Shown one piece after another: positions 44,678 to 57,310 of a stretch of DNA of 64,000 bases. Each line of letters opens with the position of its first letter. Positions within the stretch are counted from its first letter, which is position 1. Where the stretch lies: contig OZ024747.1 in the NCBI GenBank assembly GCA_964016885.1, positions 71,362,001 to 71,426,000 on the forward strand, given 5' to 3'. The DNA comes from Eledone cirrhosa (lineage: Eukaryota). The position numbers and the translations under genes are program-made. Under the pieces are notes generated by a model. It was not told the DNA's origin. It did not search any database and saw nothing but the letters and a program-made list of their open reading frames with translations.

Positions 44678-44719
<42 letters not shown>

Positions 44720-44838
44720 TTAACGTAAAAAACGGTTAGTAGATAGGGCTGAAATAACAAAGGAAAAGAAATAAGTATAGTAAGAAAGCTATACCAGAAG
44801 ACAGATACATAGACAGATATATATATATATATATATAT

Positions 44839-45115
<277 letters not shown>

Positions 45116-45202
45116 ATTATATAATAAGCATGTTATGTAATATGCTACAGTTTGTTTTCTTAAATTAGTATGAGGCAATTTGGTTCTGATTCTACCGGCA
45201 TA

Positions 45203-45284
<82 letters not shown>

Positions 45285-46377
45285 TACTCCACTCTAGTTT
45301 CCCATTCCCTGTCCCCAGTTACTCTTGACCAGGGAACGGGAACCACCGCTTTGAAACTCATGAAGTCAGCGCTTTGAATTATTTTATTACCACTTTCTCT
45401 AACAGTATTGAATACATTTCCACTAAGTTGCTATTCATTCTTGTTTGAAACCACACATATGCTCTCTCTCTCTCTCCAAATATAAAAGCATTCAATTATA
45501 AAGTAATGGAGTTATGTATATATACGTATTTCAAGCTGATAGATTTGGCTTCATTTCAGGACAGTAAATTTATGATAGAATTCAAAATCATTTTCGAACT
45601 GACGAGATATATATTTTAAAGCAGCTGCACATGATATATTTTTAAATACAAATAGGCATATGCAAAAAAAAATTGCGCTCGTTCGAAGGAAGCGAAATAG
45701 TTGCAGCTGTTGATGGATGTGAAGAACTTTGGATAGAGTAGCGTTGAAAGCTACAAAGACGATAGATAATTGAAAGAAATCCTGAACAAAGCAAGAAAAG
45801 AAGGTAGAAAGTTAAGATGATAGAAGTTTAGACTGTGTAGAAATAGGTTTGCATTGCAGTGCTGACCTGCCATCCATTAATGAATGATGTCTATAATAAG
45901 TATTTTATATTTTATAACGACAGCTGACAGACGAAAGGAGTGGGGTTAGTTATCCTGAAGGATATTTGTAGGTAATATTTTGGGGCTAAATTTACAGTCA
46001 AACTAAACAAATTATGTCAGGTTAGAGAGAGAATGTATCGAAGACAAAGCTATTGTAGGTTGATGGAAGAGAAAAACAAATCTAAATAAATCAGATAAAT
46101 GGATGTGTCGCTCAGGGGTGTTTTGTATATAGCCAAAACCGGTTCACTTTTTGGAGGTCTGTTGTTTTTACTTACACTTTTAAAGACATCAGGTTCATAG
46201 TTCTCAGTTTAGCGGTAATGTTAAAGAGACATCAGATTTGGGATATAATGCACATAAAAGAAAAATGTCGATGCTCAGCAGCCATTAATCAGTAATTCTC
46301 ATGCATTATTCTATTCCATTTCTGTTGCTTATGAATTTCAAGCAAAGCACAGTCCTTGCTCCTCCGCTCTCTTTCTG

Positions 46378-46545
<168 letters not shown>

Positions 46546-47196
46546 TGTGTGTCTGTGTGTGTGTCTGTCTATTACTTTCCCTATCGCAATCCACACACAC
46601 GCACACATACATATATGTGTATATATACGTATATATGTGTATAAATATCTGTATATATATATAGATATAGATATAGATATATACACATGTATCTCTCTAT
46701 ATATATATATATGTGCGTGTGTGAGGGGAATATCTCGATGAAAACATAACTGTAAATTCCATATCAGATTCTGGCGTATGACTTGCAAGATGTTTTTCCT
46801 TCGTTGAGAGTCACCAGTCGAATGACTGTGAGCATGTAATAAATAAAAGCTGCGTTCAGATCGCTATATAAGTCATTAGAGCTGAATAAGAAATAGGATA
46901 ATAAACCCTTAAAAATGAATGAGCTTTGTAAGAAGCATAGAAACAATAATACTAATAATCCCATTCAGTCTCGTCCAGTTCTCTCTAGTTCTAGATTTAT
47001 TTTACAGACGACTATCAAGAAAGTAATTAGATAGCTTGAAAAACAGAATTTGATATAGAAAATGTGCAGCCATGTTAACAACATAACTTCTCTTAACGAG
47101 CGCCTCTTCACTAAATACATTTGAACACATACATACATGCGTACATATAAGGATTCTTACATACATCGGCACGCGCGCACAAGTGCACACACATAC

Positions 47197-47258
<62 letters not shown>

Positions 47259-47263
47259 GTATT

Positions 47264-47295
<32 letters not shown>

Positions 47296-47302
47296 TATAT
47301 GC

Positions 47303-47343
<41 letters not shown>

Positions 47344-47491
47344 CATATATGAGCAGATATATACACACGCTCGAAGGCATATTCACTTAAACTCATAACC
47401 ACATAAATCATACACTCACATAAGCACCTTTAATATAAAACACATAAAACTATACACACATACACACGTGTATATAAGTGTGTGTGTATGC

Positions 47492-47549
<58 letters not shown>

Positions 47550-47790
47550 ATCGCATACACCCAAATATAGAAACTGCATGACTTAAAAACGTTTGCCCTA
47601 AATCCTCGAGCAGAAATGCTTATATATGTATAAACACCCCACTTTCGTTTTTTCTATCTAACTAGATCTATCTTTATCTATCCATCTGCCAGTTTATTTA
47701 TCTATCTGTCTATCTATCTATCTATCTGTCTATCTATCTATCTGTCTATCTATCTATCTGTCTATCTAGCTAACTATCTGTCTATCTATC

Positions 47791-50700
47791 TCCAGAAATG
47801 CTCATGGTTGGCTATTCAGACCACAAGTTGGTGACCTGCATGGTCAACCTTGATAGAACGCATAGACAGGGCCCCGGTTACTGGAAGCTCAACTTGTCCT
47901 TGCCGGCAAGTAGAGCCTACAGGAATCGGATTAGTACGTTAGTTAAGGAACGGTTGACTGGAGCGATCGTCAACAGCAGGTGGTGGGTATCTCTAAAGAG
48001 AGAGATTAGAATAGTCTCGATTGAATTTAGTAAGGTTCTAGCTGCGGATAGGAATAGGAAGGAAAGGGAGCTAATAGATAGAGTAGAAGAGGCAATTAGA
48101 AGCGGCGACGTGGCCAGAGTGCTAGCGTCGAGAACGGCTTTGAGCCAGTTTTTCGACGCGAAGCACGAAGGCTGCGTTGTCCGAAGTAAAATACGTGCTC
48201 TAGGGAACGAGGGGGCCAAAGCTGTTAGCTGGGCCCGCGTGACAGAGGCCAACAGTGGAACTAAATCCACCATCCGGTCTTTGCGAGACCTGGATGGACG
48301 GGCGATTCTTGAGCCTAAGCAGATGTGTGAGGCCTTTCAAAGGCACTTTGCCCGACTGTTCGGGAGGGGCGGGGAGCCGGTTGGAAACGTGGACTTCGGT
48401 CCATACCTCGACGGCCTGCCGCGCCTCTCGGACAGGGAGGCGAAGTCTTGCGAGGAGCCGATTTCGGCCGCTGAGATAGAGGACGTGCTGGGCCAATGCG
48501 GCAAACGCAAATCCCCGGGTCTCGATGGTCTTCCTTACGAATTATATCTAGCTATGCCGGACTTGTTCCCCGATCTCCTCGAGGCGGTCTACTGCAACTG
48601 GCAACAGAACGGGAGAATTCCCTGTACTGTGACCAAGGGCGTAGTCACGCTAGTGAGGAAGGACGAGAACAAAGGGGACGAAATAAGTAACTTCAGGCCC
48701 ATAACTCTGCTAAATACAGAGTTACAGATTTTGGCCAAGGTGCTAGCAAAGAGGTTGGCGCTTGTCGTGGGCAACCTGGTGGGAGATGCGCAGACATGCG
48801 CTATCCCGTCCAGGTCCATCCATGACAACCTCCACCTCATGCGATACATCATAGAGAGGGTTGGGAACGAACCCGGCTTTGGTGGGGCTCTGATCAACTT
48901 GGATCAATCTAAGGCGTTCGATAGGGTCGACCATGGTTACCTGAATGCGGTGCTAGCGGCGGCAGGCTTCGGACCCGTTTTCAGGGGCTGGATCACTGCT
49001 ATGCACAGCAGCCGCATCTGCTCTAGGGTCAAGGTGAACGGCTACCTCTCGGAGCCGTTCAAAATCGCGCGGTCCATCCGACAAGGGTGCCCTCTCTCCT
49101 CCCTTCTGTATGTGTTGACTCTCGAGCCACTACTGCGGAAGTTGGAGTTGTTGCAGGGCATCCCTTTGGAACCGGGATTGCGGAAAGCGGTGTCGGCCTA
49201 CGCCGATGATGTGACAGTAATGGTGTCGACGGCCTCCGAAATCGAGGCGGTCGGCACCTTACTGGAGGAGTACGAAAAGTTCACAGGGGCTAAGCTGAAC
49301 CGGGACAAGTCGATCGGTTTGCAACTCGGCACGTGGAGGGGCAGACCGATGCCCTCCGATGGCGTCGTCGGACGCTGGACGGAGGGCCCGGTGAAGTTGC
49401 TCGGGGTCTGGTTCGGACCGGACCTCCAGGTGGAGAAAAACTGGGCGGAGGTTACGAACAGGGTGTTTGCACTGACCCAGAAGTGGGCCAGTTGCAAACT
49501 ATCCCTGAAAGGTCGGGCGGAGGTGGCGAACACTTATATAGCGTCCGTCATCTACTACCGCCTGACCGTAGTGCCCTGCCCAAGGGAAACCCTCACCAAG
49601 ATGGAGCGCGCGCTCTTCCAATTCCTTTGGAAGGGGCGGGCTCCTATGGTGAGGAGATCCATCTGCTGTCAACACCCTTCGAAAGGAGGGCTGGGGATGC
49701 CGTGGCTAATGATGCGTAAACACGCATTAAGGCTACGGCACCTCTACGTATTCCTCACCGGACAACCGGTGTGGGCCTCGTTTGTGAGACGAACCTTTCC
49801 CAGACTCGTCTCACTCACCGAGCTGCAATCCTGGGTCAAGCAAAGACCGAGAAAACTGGGCGCCTGGCACACTGAGTGTGCCCAGGCGCTCACCGCCCTC
49901 TGGCAGGCGGATCCGGTTATCAGTGGAGACTCCACCGCAACATTCTATAGAGGGCTGGTACGCAGCAGGTGCGACGACGCCCTCGGAGAAGCCCTAGACA
50001 TGGAGGAGGACGAACTGGCCAGCCTGTTCGGTAGGACATTCAGCCCGGGACCTATGGACAACTTCCAGAAGTCCCTGGCCTGGCAGTGCTACCGAGGGGC
50101 TTTACCCGTTCGAGAAAGGCTCTACAGACACGGGCGCCCGGGTAGGGACCCCGCCAAAAAGATCTGTCCCAGATGCGTGTGCGACGAGGAAACCGTTGCA
50201 CACGCATTGGTACACTGCTCGGGCGTAGCCGATCTGTGGGGCTATGTCGAACAACTGCTGTCAAGGGTGGGACCGATCCGGTTGACCACCGAGTCTATTG
50301 TAATGATCAAGCCGCCTCCCCCCTTCAAAGATGAAGCAGAGGTGGTGTTTCTGTGCGTAATAGCCATGGCGAAAGAGGTTGTATGGTGGACGCGTCTGAA
50401 AGGACTGAGGTCAGGCACCTTTCTCTCTGGCCAACAACTGGTCCGTTTCTTCCGATATCATTTCGGAAGAAGGATCAGGATGGAGAGAGAGGTGCTGCAC
50501 CCCAGTCGTTTTTATGAAAGGTGGGTGAAAGTGGCGAGAATGGCCCGTGTGAATGGGCCTTCTCTTTACATAAGCCTGTAGGTGGAAAAGAGGAAGGAAC
50601 GAGGGAGCACCCCCTCTCTGTGCTCCTGAGGAAAAGGGTTGCACACTTTTTTCGGGGGTGTGTGCGACCCCCCAAGGCGCCTCCTCTCTATTGAGGATTT

Positions 50701-50843
50701 TGTTAAAAATTTTATTTTTGTTATATCTTATTTTATTTTTATATTTTGTTATTGCCTCCTCCTTATTGAGGACGCCTTTTTGTGTAAACTCCCCCCTTTG
50801 TACTTGTCCCACTTTTGATGCCCTAGTGGCAAATAAAAGAAAT
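47791..50843 (+). mobile_element. 5'-truncated Tx1/L1-clade LINE inserted in (TCTA)n
   Basis: GC-rich island; ORF2 plus 3' UTR ending AATAAAAGAAATT; TCTA/TCTG repeats on both sides. Confidence 0.92.
47798..50581 (+). CDS. LINE ORF2 (end of APE endonuclease, reverse transcriptase, C-terminal Cys/His domain)
   Basis: SDH (APE end), GPGYWKLN, KSPGLDGL, FRPITLLN, LDQSKAFDRV, RQGCPLS, YADD, GGLG, CPRC..ET..H...C; 927 codons without a stop. Confidence 0.95.
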   Translation: MLMVGYSDHKLVTCMVNLDRTHRQGPGYWKLNLSLPASRAYRNRISTLVKERLTGAIVNSRWWVSLKREIRIVSIEFSKVLAADRNRKERELIDRVEEAIRSGDVARVLASRTALSQFFDAKHEGCVVRSKIRALGNEGAKAVSWARVTEANSGTKSTIRSLRDLDGRAILEPKQMCEAFQRHFARLFGRGGEPVGNVDFGPYLDGLPRLSDREAKSCEEPISAAEIEDVLGQCGKRKSPGLDGLPYELYLAMPDLFPDLLEAVYCNWQQNGRIPCTVTKGVVTLVRKDENKGDEISNFRPITLLNTELQILAKVLAKRLALVVGNLVGDAQTCAIPSRSIHDNLHLMRYIIERVGNEPGFGGALINLDQSKAFDRVDHGYLNAVLAAAGFGPVFRGWITAMHSSRICSRVKVNGYLSEPFKIARSIRQGCPLSSLLYVLTLEPLLRKLELLQGIPLEPGLRKAVSAYADDVTVMVSTASEIEAVGTLLEEYEKFTGAKLNRDKSIGLQLGTWRGRPMPSDGVVGRWTEGPVKLLGVWFGPDLQVEKNWAEVTNRVFALTQKWASCKLSLKGRAEVANTYIASVIYYRLTVVPCPRETLTKMERALFQFLWKGRAPMVRRSICCQHPSKGGLGMPWLMMRKHALRLRHLYVFLTGQPVWASFVRRTFPRLVSLTELQSWVKQRPRKLGAWHTECAQALTALWQADPVISGDSTATFYRGLVRSRCDDALGEALDMEEDELASLFGRTFSPGPMDNFQKSLAWQCYRGALPVRERLYRHGRPGRDPAKKICPRCVCDEETVAHALVHCSGVADLWGYVEQLLSRVGPIRLTTESIVMIKPPPPFKDEAEVVFLCVIAMAKEVVWWTRLKGLRSGTFLSGQQLVRFFRYHFGRRIRMEREVLHPSRFYERWVKVARMARVNGPSLYISL

Positions 50844-50862
50844 TTATCTATCTATCTATCTG

Positions 50863-51013
50863 TACATTTTTTCGGGGTGTGTACAACCCCCCTATTGTGG
50901 ATTTCAATTGTTATTTGTTATTGTATTAATAGTTTTATTTTCATATACCTGTATGTAAACTCCCCATTTGTATTTGTCCTCTTCTTTTGTGCCCTTGTGG
51001 CTAATAAAGAAAT
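50863..51013 (+). mobile_element. Second, diverged Tx1 3' UTR fragment in the same (TCTA)n tract
   Basis: Shares TTTTTCGGGG.GTGT, TGTAAACTCCCC..TTTGTA.TTGTCC, TGCCCT.GTGGC.AATAAA and the GAAATT end with 50645-50843. Confidence 0.85.
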
Positions 51014-51050
<37 letters not shown>

Positions 51051-51223
51051 ATTGTTTTTTCTTTATTTCTTCCTGGCATTCTACTTATCTCTCTGTGTCT
51101 TTACTTCCGCCTATCTTTCTGTCTCTCACTTACTGTTTTTCTCTCTCTATATGCAATATTTTTAAGGGCAGTGCCCCAGCATGGCCTCAGCTGGATGCCT
51201 GGAACAGGTAAAAGAGTAAAAGA

Positions 51224-51262
<39 letters not shown>

Positions 51263-51265
<3 letters not shown>

Positions 51266-51620
51266 TGATATTAAATAAATGGAAGCTATATTTATAAAAC
51301 CATATTTATTTTATTATATATATTTCAAGGGCAACCAAGACAACATTGGTACGCTTTCATCAGATAAACTACAAAGTTTGTTTTATAAATAGAGACATAC
51401 CCATGAAAATCATACCTTATCGGTTGGAAATTCACTGGATAGTGGAGATATATTAGGGATTATTCAAACTCAATGATATTAAATATTCAATGATATTAAA
51501 TAAATATTATATATTTGTTTAATATCATTGAATATTTACTCCAGTAAACTGTTGAGTGCTCTAAATCAGTTATAAACATTTATATTTGTCGGACATCCAA
51601 CAAATTAAATACCACTTCCA

Positions 51621-51622
<2 letters not shown>
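51263..51622. mobile_element. Family A rearranged fold-back element (hammerhead 51307-51371, minus strand)
   Basis: Minus-strand CTGATGA..GAAA-TATATA-TA; plus-strand tail homologous to 44575-44680; duplicated TCAATGATATTAAATA at the junction. Confidence 0.8.
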
Positions 51623-51703
<81 letters not shown>

Positions 51704-51729
51704 TATATAGATATATAGATATATAGATT

Positions 51730-51799
<70 letters not shown>

Positions 51800-51802
<3 letters not shown>

Positions 51803-52078
51803 AATATTTCCGTGGAAAAGGTAAAGGAAAGAAGAGTATTCTATGTATAACAGAACTATCTAATTATGTAATAAACAACACAATATAATTATTCCATCAC
51901 TCAAGGTTTCACGAAGTCAGACTATTCCAACAGAGACGGCTGAAGTCGTTCATCAGATAGAAATCTTTAATTAAATGGAATAATTATATTTTGTTGTTTA
52001 TTACATAATTAAAAAGCTCTGTGCTATACATAGAGCACTCTCCTTTCCTTTATCTTTTGCACGGAAATACTTAACATA
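51800..52078. mobile_element. Diverged fold-back element with ~98-bp arms and a decayed hammerhead (51892-51962, minus strand)
   Basis: 51800-51897 is inverted at 51975-52075; TTCTAT-CTGATGA-ACGA..TCGT-GAAA-C..G-TG-ATGGAA (GUG triplet, probably inactive). Confidence 0.7.
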
Positions 52079-52080
52079 TA

Positions 52081-52135
<55 letters not shown>

Positions 52136-52137
52136 CA

Positions 52138-52580
52138 TGCAGTGGTTATATTTAATTTGTTGGGATTCAACAAGCTTAAAAATGTTTATAACTGATAAAA
52201 AGCACTCAACAGTTTAGTGGAGTAAATACACAATATATTAATAAATGGAAACTATATTTATAAAACCATATTTATTTCATTATATATATTTCAAGGGCAA
52301 CTAAGGCAAGTTATGGTGCGCTTTCATCAGATAAAATACAGATTTGTTTTATAAATAAATATTGACATACCCGGAAAAAAAGACAACCTTAACGGTTGGA
52401 GCTTCCAGGACTATACAGGAAGCTCCAACCGTTAAGGTTGTCTTTTTTCCGGGTATGTCAAATTTATTTATAAAACAAATCTGTATTTCATCTGATGAAA
52501 GCGCACCATAACTTGCCTTGGTTGCCCTTGAAATATATATAATAAAATAAATATGGTTTTATAAATATAGTTTCCATTTA

Positions 52581-52587
<7 letters not shown>
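52138..52587. mobile_element. Family A mini fold-back element with hammerheads at 52273-52338 (-) and 52484-52549 (+)
   Basis: 52236-52406 is inverted at 52418-52587, 11-nt spacer; ~95-nt tail on the left; (TA)n flanks. Confidence 0.9.
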
Positions 52588-52631
<44 letters not shown>

Positions 52632-52973
52632 CTTTAAGTCGTTTGGAAGCCTCGACAATGCAAATGGGTAAATCTCCGGGTAACAAGATCCGGTGGTGGA
52701 GAGAGAGATATAAGTGGGTGTACGTTGAGATGCGTGGCGTGTATAAGACGTGAATGAAGTAAAGAGCATAAAGAATAAAATTAAAATAACAACACGAGAG
52801 ATTTAATTGTCCCTATATATTTCGGATTCACATCCATCAACTGGGGTTTTTTTCCGGGGTGGGGGAAAGGTTGTCTGTCGGAAAGGTGCGAAACGCGTCC
52901 TCCGCTGTTCGTTCTTTTGAATATATATATATGCGGGTGTATGCTACATACACACACACACGCACGCACACAC

Positions 52974-53055
<82 letters not shown>

Positions 53056-53234
53056 ATAAATACATAATCGGAGAAAGCTAAAAGCGATACCCCGGCCAAA
53101 TTCCAAATCACTCAACAAACATTAGGGAATACCTGAGTATATTCCCAATTAAACGTTTGGGTGCTAACTATATTGTATTGTGTGTATAATTGGCTGTATT
53201 ATTTCATATGAGTTATATCAATATATATATATAT

Positions 53235-53626
53235 ATACGATATTAAACAAATGGAAACTATATTTATAAAACCATATTTATTTCATTATACATATTTCGG
53301 GGATACCATATTAAAAATATGGCATGCCTTCTTCAGATAAAATACAATATATAAACAGTTTTATAAATAATTTTGACGTACCATAAATATTGATCAACTT
53401 TTACGTAAGAAGTTGGTTTGGTAGTATTTGTATTTTATCTGAAGAAGGCATGCCATATTTTTAATATGGTATCCCCGAAATATGTATAATGAAATAAATA
53501 TGGTTTTATAAATATAGTTTCCATTTGTTTAATATCGTATATCTACTCCAAAACTTGTTGAGTGCTTTATATCAGTTATAAAATATTTACTTGTTGTAAC
53601 CCAACAATTTTAAATAAAACTTTTGC
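53235..53626. mobile_element. Family A mini fold-back element with hammerheads at 53279-53344 (-) and 53431-53496 (+)
   Basis: 53235-53347 is inverted at 53428-53541; CTGAAGA-aGGcATGCCATATT ttt AATATGGTATcCCc-GAAA-TATGTA-TA; ~85-nt tail on the right. Confidence 0.9.
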
Positions 53627-53740
53627 ATATATATATATATATAGTGGTGGAACACTGGAAGGTAATATCCGTAGTGGTAGAGCACTCAGTCCAAGGGACG
53701 AGTTAGGTAGCAGTGGCTACACAACAGTTCGTTCACCATA

Positions 53741-53780
53741 CCGAGAACAATTGTTTCACCTTCGCGGATCTTCAGCTCGG
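53741..53780 (-). ncRNA. Minimal type I hammerhead ribozyme
   Basis: CCGAG-CTGAAGA-tCC gcgaa GGt-GAAA-CAATTG-TT-CTCGG; palindromic loop III. Confidence 0.8.
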
Positions 53781-53965
53781 GATGTGTATGGCTATAGGAA
53801 CAGGAAGAAGGACAACCGTACGAATGCGCATGCGCAGAAACTCGGTCATTTCACACAGGCAATACTAGACTGCGTGCGGGGGTGTAAGGGAGATAACTGC
53901 GAAAGTCCGGAAAGTTTTTTGGTTGAAAATAAAATTAAAAAATTAAAAATAAAATTACAAAGAAT

Positions 53966-54462
53966 CAGTCCGGAGCCTTGTAGTTATGCAATAGATGTTT
54001 GCTGACGTGTGGACAACGTGTGAAAAATTCACTCTCGTGTTTAGGCAATCACTATTGCGTAATCTCTTTAGGATAGTTATTTGTTCGTCAATACATAAGC
54101 CACACGTCAGATTTCTCCTTGCGTATGGCTTGGACTTAGTGATGGCTTTCCATTGAATGGAGCACCCTATACTTGAGTCCTTGAGGGACCATACGTGGCT
54201 CGCGAGTTTCGTGGATGAACGTCTGTCCGGGTATCTGAAGGTAGACTGGTGGTTCAGGAAATGCTCCTTGAATCGGCCCTCCGCCATCCTCACATAGGAT
54301 TTGACCTCCTGTGGTTCGTTTGGTCGGTTGGAAGTGACCACAGCTTCATAGATTACAGCTGGTGTGTTGCATTGTTGTCGAAGGGGGCAAGCTTCGGGCT
54401 TACGGCAAGAGCACCCTGGTGGCGTGTTGCTCCTAGGGCTGCTGGTGATGTGGGTCTTATGT
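53966..54462 (-). pseudogene. PLE GIY-YIG endonuclease fragment
   Basis: CSCRKPEACPL, VIY..YVR (YVG decayed), FKEHF, HVWSLK, CGLCIDE, CLN; 1-nt frameshift relative to the inverted copy (CLNTRSELFTRCPH). Confidence 0.8.
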
Positions 54463-54777
54463 ATTGATGAACGAATAACTATCCTAAAGAGATTACGCAA
54501 TAGTGATTGCCTAAACACGAGAAGTGAATTGTTCACACGTTGTCCACACGTCACCAAACATCTATTGCATAACTACAAGGCTCCGGATTGATTCTTTGTA
54601 ATTTAATTTAACATTTTTTTTTTTTTTTTTTTTAAACCCCAAAACTTTCCGGACTTTCGCAGTTATCTCCCTTATACCCCCGCGCACGCAGTCTAGTATT
54701 GTCTGTGTGAAGTGACCGAGTTTCTGCGCATGCGCGTTCGTACGGTTGTCCTTCCTGTTCCTATAACCATACACATC

Positions 54778-54817
54778 CCGAGCTGAAGATCCGCGAAGGT
54801 GAAACAATTGTTTTCGG
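54778..54817 (+). ncRNA. Minimal type I hammerhead ribozyme
   Basis: CCGAG-CTGAAGA-tCC gcgaa GGt-GAAA-CAATTG-TT-TTCGG. Confidence 0.8.
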
Positions 54818-54847
54818 TATGGTGAACTAACTGTTGTGTAACCACTT

Positions 54848-54913
<66 letters not shown>

Positions 54914-55128
54914 TCAGAGCAAACATCACGGATGCTCTATCTCAAAATTATTTTTGAAAAGCATTTAGAAATGCGCAACCGGTAAAACTTTAAACCAAAA
55001 CTGAATACTAACCAATACAATTACTAATTCTCATTTATTCCTAATTAAACTATTTTTCACTGTGAACAATTTGTCAGAGTTTTCTATTCCGTTTACCAAT
55101 ATATATATATATATATATATATATGCAT

Positions 55129-55210
<82 letters not shown>

Positions 55211-55380
55211 GTGTGTGTGTGTGTATATAGTTTTATGTGTTTTATATTTAGGTGTTGATGTGAGTGCATGATTTATGTGGTTATGAGTTTAAGTGAATAT
55301 GCCTTTTATGCGTGTGTGTATATCTGTTCATATATGTATGTATATATATATATGTATATATATATATGTGTTTATATATA

Positions 55381-55441
<61 letters not shown>

Positions 55442-57310
55442 GCATATGTATATGGGTGTGTGCACGTATATATATATATATATATGAATATATATGTATG
55501 TAAAAGGTAAACAGAAATAAGAACACAATCGGTACAGTATATGGAAATACTGGCACTAAACACCTGTCCATACGCCATGTGGTGGCATCTACATTCGCAC
55601 ATGCACTCATATACGTCAGATGGAATTATGTATTTTCATACTAATTATGTAGCGCTGCAGTGCAATAGTGTATGCAATACTATACATAACTCTACCATTC
55701 CATCTGTCTGGAATACCATTCTTGATAACCTACATCCGGCTCCATCTTGGTCCGCCTCATTTTCTATATTCGAAACTTCAATTCTGTTTAAACAGCTCCA
55801 TGTCATCATATGTATTATCATCACATCAAATGAATTATTTACTTTCTTTCTTATTTTGTTACATTGACAGGATATGTTGTGCGTGGAAACAAATAATTAA
55901 GTGTATATTCATGTGTGCAAAAGTGTGAATGTGAGTAAAAGTGTGTATGTGTGTGTGTGTGTGTGTGTGCGTGTGTTTGTGCCTGTGTGTGTGTGTGTTT
56001 GAATACCCACAAATGCACACAGATACCACGAAGAACACCTTCACACAGTAGACAACATAAGGACCGATTTAAGCTGCTAGATGTAGCAGTCAGATACCAT
56101 TAAATGACACACACGGCCAAGTATCTTTAACCACAGGCTTGGCAAGTAAAATTTGCTAGGTGGAAACTGACCAGATGTCGTAGTATTTCACACACACACG
56201 CACGCACGCACGTACACACACACACACACACACACACCACACACATAACGACTGATTCGACCTGCTAGAGATAATAGACAGTCCGCGTGCGTGGGGGGGG
56301 GGTCAGGTCGCTCGCGAGTGCAATATCATGGTCGGTTCGTCAGTGAGTAAACTGGCAACCCCACCAGGCCTGCTTAGTTGAGGAGGGTGATTTTTTGACA
56401 CCCTACGTGAAGGGGCGGAGGAACTCAATCGATTCAATGGATAGGTGTGATGGTCAACACAAGAGGATTTTATAGTTACTTTAGTGTAAACTTATGTCAG
56501 TATCATAAGCTGTGTTCACGAGAACGATATATTTTGAAATGTTTTAAATATTATATCAATATTGAGAATATCTCTAAAATGGCTGGAAATGACACAACAG
56601 GATATGTATATTACTAATGGATTATAGACAAGACACATTTTTCTTCGTTTTATGAACTTAAAAATGCCTTGTATAAATTATTCACTGGCAAGAAAAGGTC
56701 CATCATCTGGATATTCTAATATAATGACTTCATATAACAACCGTTCCTTGAATATAAGAGAAAAATGCAGTGTCAACTTGATACAGCAATAGTGTTGAAG
56801 GTTAATAACCTAAGCTGTCAAAGAGACAACACACCGTTGAGGCCATTTTGATAGTTAGTATGGACATAAAAAGCAGATTATCTTCGATAAGAAGGTTTGA
56901 AACATATCAGTAAAGCTAAAAATATATGGTTCCACTCGACAGGTTTAACTTAGAATGAAACTAACAAACTCAAAAATTAATTTTTGAGTTTGTTAGTTTC
57001 CTAACAGTATTGTTTCTTCCTTTAGTAAAGCAGTTGAGTGCGAGAAAATTAATTAAGTTACGTGTTGACAAAAAGTAATATAATCAATTCAAACACTAGT
57101 ATATATTTTATGCCACGGCGAAGAACAAAAGTCCAACGTTTCAGACGCTTGTCCTCTTTTTAAGAAAAAGGAATTCAGGGCTTACCACGATACTGCAAAT
57201 TTACAAAGAAGGGTGCGTTACATATCTCTTCTTCTTCACGACATAAAACATTTTCCATTGTTTGAACTATTTGTATTGTTTCTTTCTTTAACTTGCTGTT
57301 TCAGTATAGA

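Larger units (their letters stand above)
44318..44680. mobile_element. Family A mini fold-back element, one hammerhead per strand, plus ~100-nt tail
   Basis: 44318-44441 is inverted at 44456-44580; homologous to the outer ends of the 5-kb palindrome. Confidence 0.9.
53644..54850 (-). mobile_element. Third PLE family: truncated GIY-YIG element with ~390-bp inverted pLTR, in (TA)n
   Basis: 53708-54099 is inverted at ~54455-54850; ~64-nt tail on the left. Confidence 0.9.

Noticed and set aside
47917-50812. Short ORFs overlapping the LINE ORF2
   Set aside because: Shadow ORFs of GC-rich coding DNA
54463-54557. N-terminal part of track ORF 53955-54557
   Set aside because: Antisense read-through of the inverted pLTR, not part of the endonuclease protein
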